Shown here piece after piece: positions 57,712-64,000 of a DNA stretch of 64,000 nucleotides. A program made the position numbers and the translations under genes. Positions within the stretch are counted from its first letter, which is position 1; the number at the start of each line of letters is the position of its first letter. The stretch is from Patescibacteria group bacterium (GTDB lineage Bacteria; Patescibacteriota; UBA1384; UBA12157; JAENIV01). The stretch spans positions 935-64,934 of the forward strand of contig JBAYHL010000003.1 in assembly GCA_041666185.1 (NCBI GenBank), in the 5' to 3' direction. The notes below the pieces were generated by a model. That model did not search any database, was not told the origin of the DNA, and worked only from the letters and a program-made list of their open reading frames with translations.

Positions 57712-59100
57712 ATGGAAAAAATTAATTTTGAAATTGAACGTAAAATAACTCCTTTAGAAGAAGCGGCCTTTGGTATTGTTAGAGTTTTGCAAGAAAAAGG
57801 ATTCGAGGCCTATATTGCCGGTGGGGCAGTTAGAGATTTTTATTTAGGAAAAGATCCTCATGATATTGATATTGCCACTTCAGCAAAACCAGAAGAAGTT
57901 AAGGAAATATTTCCGTCTAGTTACGATCGAGGTAAAGCTTTTGGTGTAATGGCAGTTAATATAGAAGATTTCGAATTTGAAGTTGCAACTTTCCGTAGCG
58001 ATATTGGTATCGCTGATCATCGCCGCCCAGAGAAAATAGAATTCACAACGGCAGAGAAAGATGCTCAAAGGCGTGATTTTACTATCAACGCTCTTTTTTA
58101 CGATCCGGAAAAATTGCAAATTATCGATTTTGTTGATGGTATAAAAGATTTGGAAAATAAAATTGTTCGGTTTGTTGGAATCCCAGAAGAAAGAATCGAA
58201 GAAGATTATTTAAGAATGCTTAGAGCAATAAGATTTACCTATCGATTTGAGTTTAGCTTAGAAGAAAAAACTCAAAAAGCGATTATTAAAAATGCTTCGA
58301 AAATTGGAGAAATTTCTATTGAAAGAATCCGTGAAGAATTGACATTAATTATAACTGGTTTAAATAGGAAAGAAGCTTTAATTAAATTGTTAGAATCAGG
58401 TTTGGTAAAAACTATACTTCCGGAATTAGAAAAATTAAAAGGTGTAGAGCAACCACCAGAATTTCATAGTGAAGGTGATGTTTTGGCTCATACTTTAATG
58501 GCGATGGAGTCTTTAGAAAATCCATCAGCCGAGCTTGCTTGGACAGTTTTGCTCCACGATATCGGAAAGCCTGACACTCAAGGTTTTCGTGATCATCCTA
58601 AAAGTAAAATTACTTTTTTTGAACATGACATCTTGAGTGCTAAAATGACGAATGAAATTTTGCAGAGATTAAAGTTTTCTAATGAATTTATTGATTCGTG
58701 TGTTTGGGCAATCACGCAGCACATGCGGATTGTTCATGCTTTTCAGGGAATGTCAGAAAGAAAACAAAAAAAACTTTTTACTAATTCACATATTCAATTA
58801 TTGTTAGATCTAACAAAGGCTGATTTGGGCTCATCAATTAGACCTGATGGCCAACCAGAAATAGGGATGTATTTTGAAGCCTTAAAGAAAAAAGAGCAGT
58901 TTGAAAAGCAGGCCAATGAAGAAGAAAAAGAACAATTGAAAAAATTTACATTAATTACCGGTCAAGATATTATAGAAATTTTAAATATTACTGCTGGTCC
59001 TAAAGTGGGGGAGATAAAAAAGAAAATTGAAGAAGCCTTTTTAGAAGGTACGATTTCTACTCGTGAAGAAGCCCTGAAAATGATAGAGGATTTAAAATAA
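57712..59100 (+). CDS. cca: CCA-adding tRNA nucleotidyltransferase with HD domain
   Basis: AGGAVRD, DIDIAT, RRDFTINA, EDYLRMLRAIRF and LLHDIGKP motifs. Confidence 0.9.
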   Translation: MEKINFEIERKITPLEEAAFGIVRVLQEKGFEAYIAGGAVRDFYLGKDPHDIDIATSAKPEEVKEIFPSSYDRGKAFGVMAVNIEDFEFEVATFRSDIGIADHRRPEKIEFTTAEKDAQRRDFTINALFYDPEKLQIIDFVDGIKDLENKIVRFVGIPEERIEEDYLRMLRAIRFTYRFEFSLEEKTQKAIIKNASKIGEISIERIREELTLIITGLNRKEALIKLLESGLVKTILPELEKLKGVEQPPEFHSEGDVLAHTLMAMESLENPSAELAWTVLLHDIGKPDTQGFRDHPKSKITFFEHDILSAKMTNEILQRLKFSNEFIDSCVWAITQHMRIVHAFQGMSERKQKKLFTNSHIQLLLDLTKADLGSSIRPDGQPEIGMYFEALKKKEQFEKQANEEEKEQLKKFTLITGQDIIEILNITAGPKVGEIKKKIEEAFLEGTISTREEALKMIEDLK

Positions 59101-60837
59101 ATGAAGTTTGAAAATATTAGAAATTTTTGTATTATTGCCCACATTGATCATGGAAAATCGACATTAGCTGATAGAATGTTAGAGGTGACTGGAACAATTT
59201 CAAAAGATAAAATTAAGCCACAAATGTTAGACACGATGGATTTGGAGCGCGAACGAGGTATAACAATTAAACTACAGCCAGTAAGAATGGAATATGAAAT
59301 TGCTGGTTTGGTATATACTCTAAACTTAATTGATACTCCTGGTCATGTAGATTTTTCTTATGAAGTTTCTCGTTCATTAGCGGCTGTTGAGGGGGCGATT
59401 TTATTAGTTGATGCAACGAAAGGTATTCAGGCCCAAACTTTAGCAAACTTACATTTAGCCCAGGCTCATAATTTAACAATCATTCCGGTGATAAATAAAA
59501 TTGATTTAGTAAATGCTGAGGTTGAGAGGGTAGAGGAAGAGATTGAAGAACTGCTGCAAATCGATAGAAATGAAATTATAAAAGTTTCTGCTAAAACTGG
59601 TGAGGGAGTGGAAAAAGTTTTGAAAGAAGTTGTTGAAAAGATTCCGGCACCAAAAAAAGAAGTAGGGGATAAATTTAAAGCATTAATTTTCGATTCTGTT
59701 TATGATTCTTTTCGTGGAGTTATTGCTTACGTTAGGGTTTTCGAAGGTGCGATTAAAAAGGGAAGCAAGATTGAATTTTTGGCTAATCAAAAAACCGAGG
59801 ACACAATCGAAGTGGGGGAATTTAAACTTAAATATTTGCCAAAGGACACATTGGAGGCGGGGGAGATAGGTTATATTATTACCGGCGCTAAAAATCTAAG
59901 TGAGGTCCAAGTTGGTGACACGATTACTTCAGAATCCCCTGTTAATGTCTCCCCTATTGCCGGTTTTAAAAAATTGCAACCAATGGTTTTCGCTAACTTT
60001 TTTATGCAGGGTGAGGATACTAGTTCCCTTCGCCAAGCATTAGAAAAACTTCAACTTAATGATTCTAGTTTGACTTTTTTGCCAGAAAATTCCGAAGCTT
60101 TTGGCCAAGGTTTTAGATGTGGTTTTTTGGGATTATTGCATTTAGAAATTATTAAAGAACGTTTAGAGCGTGAATACGATCTTGATTTAATTGTTACTCA
60201 GCCTTCGGTAATGTATAAAACACATGAAGTTAATGGAAAAATTGAATACGAAGAGCCTTGGGTTGATTTAGAGATAATCACACCACCTCAACATATGGGG
60301 GCGATAATGGAGCTTGTTCAATCAAAGAGAGGTGTTTATAAAAATACTCATTATATTGGTGATCGGACTTTGCTTGATTACGAAGTGCCGCTTTCAGAAA
60401 TAATTGTTGATTTTTATGATAAATTAAAGTCTGGCAGTTCTGGTTATGCGTCGCAAAATTATGAATTGATTGGCTGGCGGCCAGGTGATCTTGTCAAGCT
60501 TGATGTAATGATTGCCGGCGATGTGATTTCTGAATTTAATCGCATTGTCCCCCGCTCGCGCGTTCAGAGTGAGTCTCAAAGTCTAGCTTTAAAATTAAAA
60601 GATTTAATTCCACGGCAAATGTTTGAAGTTGCTATTCAAGTTGCGGTTGGTGGTAAAATTTTGGCTCGTGAAAATATTTCTGCTATGAAAAAAGATGTTA
60701 CGGCTAAACTTTATGGCGGTGATGTTACTCGTAAGAATAAACTACTTAAAAAACAGGCTAAAGGTAAGAAGAAGATGAAGAGCTTAGGTCGAGTTGAAAT
60801 TCCTAGCAATGTTTTTATCGATATTTTAAAGTCCTAA
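59101..60837 (+). CDS. lepA: Elongation factor 4 (LepA)
   Basis: IRNFCIIAHIDHGKSTLADR, ERERGITIK, GFLGLLHLEI and KDVTAKLYGGDVTRK motifs. Confidence 0.98.
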   Translation: MKFENIRNFCIIAHIDHGKSTLADRMLEVTGTISKDKIKPQMLDTMDLERERGITIKLQPVRMEYEIAGLVYTLNLIDTPGHVDFSYEVSRSLAAVEGAILLVDATKGIQAQTLANLHLAQAHNLTIIPVINKIDLVNAEVERVEEEIEELLQIDRNEIIKVSAKTGEGVEKVLKEVVEKIPAPKKEVGDKFKALIFDSVYDSFRGVIAYVRVFEGAIKKGSKIEFLANQKTEDTIEVGEFKLKYLPKDTLEAGEIGYIITGAKNLSEVQVGDTITSESPVNVSPIAGFKKLQPMVFANFFMQGEDTSSLRQALEKLQLNDSSLTFLPENSEAFGQGFRCGFLGLLHLEIIKERLEREYDLDLIVTQPSVMYKTHEVNGKIEYEEPWVDLEIITPPQHMGAIMELVQSKRGVYKNTHYIGDRTLLDYEVPLSEIIVDFYDKLKSGSSGYASQNYELIGWRPGDLVKLDVMIAGDVISEFNRIVPRSRVQSESQSLALKLKDLIPRQMFEVAIQVAVGGKILARENISAMKKDVTAKLYGGDVTRKNKLLKKQAKGKKKMKSLGRVEIPSNVFIDILKS

Positions 60838-60878
60838 ATTTTAAAAAACCCGAGAATAATTCCCGGGCAAAGATGCGC

Positions 60879-61220
60879 TCAAAAGCGGTAAAGTTTTATG
60901 TTAGCATCTGTTGTGAGGTGGTAATCCCCTGCATAAATCGATGGCTCGATATTGTCGACTTTGTAACCCCAGTTACCAGTAAGCCCGTTGATGGTAGTTT
61001 TCTTATCCCCTTTTTGGTATGGGAAGGCGGTTTTGATAGCATCGACAACCGTACTATTGGGTTCGAGAGTTACAATCTTGCTGGTCTGTCCCTCTAGGTC
61101 AACCTTGACCTTGATGCTGGGATTTGGTGTTTGATTTTCTCCGCTGCCGCCACCGCAGCCAGCGATTAAAACACTAATTAGCAAAGCACCCGTAAATTTC
61201 AGAAATTCTCGTCTTTTCAT
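60879..61220 (-). CDS. Small lipoprotein with twin-arginine-like signal and ubiquitin-like (DUF4430-like) domain
   Basis: GGAGGAG RBS; MKRREFLKFTGALLISVLIAG|CGGGSG; INGLTGNWGYKVDNIEPSIYAGDYHL. Confidence 0.7.
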   Translation of the reverse strand: MKRREFLKFTGALLISVLIAGCGGGSGENQTPNPSIKVKVDLEGQTSKIVTLEPNSTVVDAIKTAFPYQKGDKKTTINGLTGNWGYKVDNIEPSIYAGDYHLTTDANIKLYRF

Positions 61221-61329
61221 CGTCTCCTCCATCACAGACATTACAGAATTAACATAAACTAATATTAACCTAATTTTTCTCTTTTTCAAGGGTTTTGGGT
61301 GAGGATTTAAATTATGTTACAATTAGATT

Positions 61330-62502
61330 ATGATCATACATAAAATATATATTGGTGGTTGGTTTCAGAGGACAACTCTGCATCTCACCGAAGTTTGGGA
61401 TTTTTTAAAAAGTGGAAAAACAGATCTGTCTTTTGATGCGGAGGAATTTAAATTAGCTCGAGAAAGACTTGATGTCAAAGATATTTCTAGACAAAATAAT
61501 TTTTTAGAATACGTTTTTGTTAACACAAATGATAAAATAGATTATCGAATATACGAAGATGGTTTAATCGTATTAGAAAAAGAATTTGAAGATTTAGAAA
61601 AAGATTTTAAAGCAATTAAAGATTATTATGACAGCAAACTTTCTAAGAGTTTATCATATTTATTTAGCAAAGGTGCGCCCGTACCTAAAGAATTAGCCAA
61701 TATTAAGACAATTTTGCCGTATATTGTTATGGTAAGTGATGCAACTAAGCAAGAGGCTCAAGAATTATTTAATGATCATAATGAAGAAGTCTACTCAATG
61801 TTGTCTACTGGGAAAATTGAAGTTTATCGTAGCCCAGGCATCATTTTAATTAATAATTTAGAAAGCGATAAATTAGCTAGGGAAATAATTGAAGCAGAAA
61901 TATTCTTTCGTGAGTATAAGACACAACTACATAGGTATTTATCGATTCATCGAACTATTTGGGAGAAAATAGAAAGAATTAAAGAGTTGGACGAAATTAA
62001 GGGTAGTGAGATTGAAAAGTATAGAAACGAACTATCGATTTATCAAAAAACCATTACTTTAATAGACGCTAGAATAGAACAAATGGATACCTATATTCAA
62101 ACTAGGCAAAAAATTGTAAATTTACAGCAAATTGACGAAAAGCTCAAGCCATTATTTGATTTTAAGTATGAAACTTTACAAGATACTCATGAATATATTA
62201 AAGATTTGTGGTTAATGACTAAGGATTATCTTGATTCAGCCATACAAATGCTTGAAGAATTACAATCTCAAAGTACGGTTAGTGCAATTTCTTCCTTGAG
62301 ACTAATCACTAGTATCGGGGTTGTTGCTGGTGTTGTCGGCTATTTAGAAGTTAAAAAAATACCTAAATTTACTCTTGAAGGAATATTTTATTTTATCATT
62401 CTTTTGGTGGCAGCGATTGCTGTTAATCAGTTAATTACAAAATTTTATTTGACAAAAAAATATCGTATTGATGATCAAGAAATCGATAAGAACATTAAAT
62501 AA
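61330..62502 (+). CDS. Hypothetical protein with a long helical domain and two C-terminal TMs (CorA-like architecture)
   Basis: 390-aa ORF; coiled region followed by two TMs; no GMN motif. Confidence 0.6.
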   Translation: MIIHKIYIGGWFQRTTLHLTEVWDFLKSGKTDLSFDAEEFKLARERLDVKDISRQNNFLEYVFVNTNDKIDYRIYEDGLIVLEKEFEDLEKDFKAIKDYYDSKLSKSLSYLFSKGAPVPKELANIKTILPYIVMVSDATKQEAQELFNDHNEEVYSMLSTGKIEVYRSPGIILINNLESDKLAREIIEAEIFFREYKTQLHRYLSIHRTIWEKIERIKELDEIKGSEIEKYRNELSIYQKTITLIDARIEQMDTYIQTRQKIVNLQQIDEKLKPLFDFKYETLQDTHEYIKDLWLMTKDYLDSAIQMLEELQSQSTVSAISSLRLITSIGVVAGVVGYLEVKKIPKFTLEGIFYFIILLVAAIAVNQLITKFYLTKKYRIDDQEIDKNIK

Positions 62503-62576
62503 ATTATTATATAAGTATTGAAAAGAGTGTATTTGTATACATCGAGATTGGGATTTTAAATTACAAAAGGAGGATT

Positions 62577-63161
62577 ATGTCTCGATCGAAAGGGATGAGC
62601 ACTATTTGGGTGGTTTTAATTTCAGTTGGAGCAACATTGTTGTTCCTTGGGGTTATTGGTCTCGTTTGGTATAGCACGTCTCAGCTTAAAAAAGCATCAG
62701 AGATTACTAAAAACCAAACTCCAACTCTTTCTGCTAGCCCTTCAGCTAGCCCGTCTTCAAAAGCTCCTGTTGAGGAACCGGCTCAAATTGCCGAGAATTT
62801 TCAAAAAAGTATTTTTGATACATTTTCCGGTTCCAGTATTGATTTAACTAAGGCTAAAAGCTATCTCACACAAGAACTTCAAGCAAAAGTTGATGACACG
62901 AAAGAATCATATTGGGATTTACATAATGTTTACATTGTCGCCGGTCCTTGTCGAATAAGTACTGAAGAGCTAGACAAGACCAGTACCACGGCAACGGCTC
63001 AAGTTAGCGCTGAATGGGGAATAGGTACGTGTAATATTACATCGATGCAACCAGAATTTCAATACAAGATGGTAAATGACAACGGTCAGTGGAAAATTTC
63101 TCAAATTGTACCGCTTCATCCTGATACAGAAGGTCAAGAAAACGTTCCTAGAGGTTTTTGA
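62577..63161 (+). CDS. Membrane-anchored secreted protein with S/P linker
   Basis: AGGAGG RBS, N-terminal TM, SASPSASPSS linker, GQWKISQI. Confidence 0.7.
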   Translation: MSRSKGMSTIWVVLISVGATLLFLGVIGLVWYSTSQLKKASEITKNQTPTLSASPSASPSSKAPVEEPAQIAENFQKSIFDTFSGSSIDLTKAKSYLTQELQAKVDDTKESYWDLHNVYIVAGPCRISTEELDKTSTTATAQVSAEWGIGTCNITSMQPEFQYKMVNDNGQWKISQIVPLHPDTEGQENVPRGF

Positions 63162-63202
63162 GTTTACTAAAAAAGTGGACTTTCGTCCACTTGATATGTG
63201 AT

Positions 63203-63865
63203 TTAAAGATAAGATGTTAGCTTTTCGGCTATTTCTTTAAGCCATTCATAAGGGTTATCAGGTCTTTGATTGATTTGACTTGTAATTTGGATAATGGCTT
63301 TTTCTTGTCTATCCATCATGTAAAAAATATCTGTAGTGTCATTTTCCGGACGATAAGTATGATATAGCTCTTTGCACAAACGAACAATGGCTTCTTTGCC
63401 TGGCATTTTGAGGTTATCAAGTTTAACATCTTCCCCTTGTTGGTGGCATTCTGTAAACAGAAAATAACCATAACTACCATTGCCGTCTTTTGCCAAATCA
63501 GTAAAGAAAGTAATACATTCAACATAATCTTTGGAAATCTTTGTTTCGTTTAGTGAAAGTGTAAGGTCAACTGTAAAATCTCCAAATCCCGTTGGGTCCA
63601 TGCCATCGGCAAAATGGTTTTCACTTATCCATTTCTGCTTTGGATCAAAAAGGTCCTCATTCCACGTTTGTGCCTGTCTAGCTGAATATTCATCGGTCAG
63701 GTCAAGATGAGCGCTAGAATAGGTTGGACTAAATGTTATTATTCCTAGATTGCCGACTAAATAACTGCGTTGAGCTGGCCGTTGCGCCCGCTCTGCCTCT
63801 TCTTGAGCTTGCCGCTTAATATAATTGGCTTGTATTTCTTCTATTGATTGCAGTTGACCTAGCAT
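63203..63865 (-). CDS. Hypothetical protein
   Basis: 220-aa ORF with AAGGAGG RBS; converges on the hairpin aagtggac-tttc-gtccactt (~63172-63192). Confidence 0.65.
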   Translation of the reverse strand: MLGQLQSIEEIQANYIKRQAQEEAERAQRPAQRSYLVGNLGIITFSPTYSSAHLDLTDEYSARQAQTWNEDLFDPKQKWISENHFADGMDPTGFGDFTVDLTLSLNETKISKDYVECITFFTDLAKDGNGSYGYFLFTECHQQGEDVKLDNLKMPGKEAIVRLCKELYHTYRPENDTTDIFYMMDRQEKAIIQITSQINQRPDNPYEWLKEIAEKLTSYL

Positions 63866-64000
63866 AAGTATTCCTCCTTTTTAAGGTACAAGTTCAAACT
63901 CAGATTTTAATATAGCACTCGGTAAAATTTCTGGCAACAATTCTTGCGGTGACCTGATTGAAATAAAAATATTGTTATGTTACCTTAAAAGAGAAAAAGA

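Noticed and set aside
60200-60270. Short internal deletion in LepA relative to typical orthologs
   Set aside because: The frame and all key motifs are intact; likely ordinary lineage variation.
1-64000. Alternative genetic code (TGA recoding as in code 25)
   Set aside because: Conserved genes are full length under code 11, and TGA terminates genes such as the kinase at 13767.

Overview
A 64 kb, AT-rich stretch of bacterial chromosome using genetic code 11 (TGA serves as a stop). Gene content and style suggest a CPR/Patescibacteria genome (inference). Housekeeping genes are pnp (5'-partial), family 4 UDG, rnj, ftsK, recA-recX, ppsA, dnaG-rpoD, ftsB-like, ftsH, murJ, a ppaC-like gene, cca and lepA. 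There are five tRNAs: Ser-GGA, Asn-GTT, Ile-TAT, fMet and Met. Signalling genes include a GAF-GAF-PAS kinase, two stand-alone receivers, an Hpt protein and a solo LuxR HTH. Two very large surface proteins (1607 aa and 6018 aa) dominate the window. Main observations: (1) the two large proteins have unrelated central regions but share an extended N-terminal 'LHxxLRxKYxWYYxWHxxP' leader and a C-terminal stalk/TM/tandem beta-sandwich module, suggesting a dedicated export and anchoring chassis; (2) an orphan promoter-to-terminator, highly structured ~250 nt transcription unit behind rnj; (3) a duplicated promoter and leader shared by two envelope genes; (4) a tRNA-Ile(UAU); (5) tRNA 3' fragments and GIY-YIG genes with REP-like palindromes; (6) 7-mer inverted-repeat elements, one translated inside ppsA; (7) several unannotated small ORFs with good expression signals. 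No CRISPR array, rRNA, transposase, integrase or reverse transcriptase was seen.
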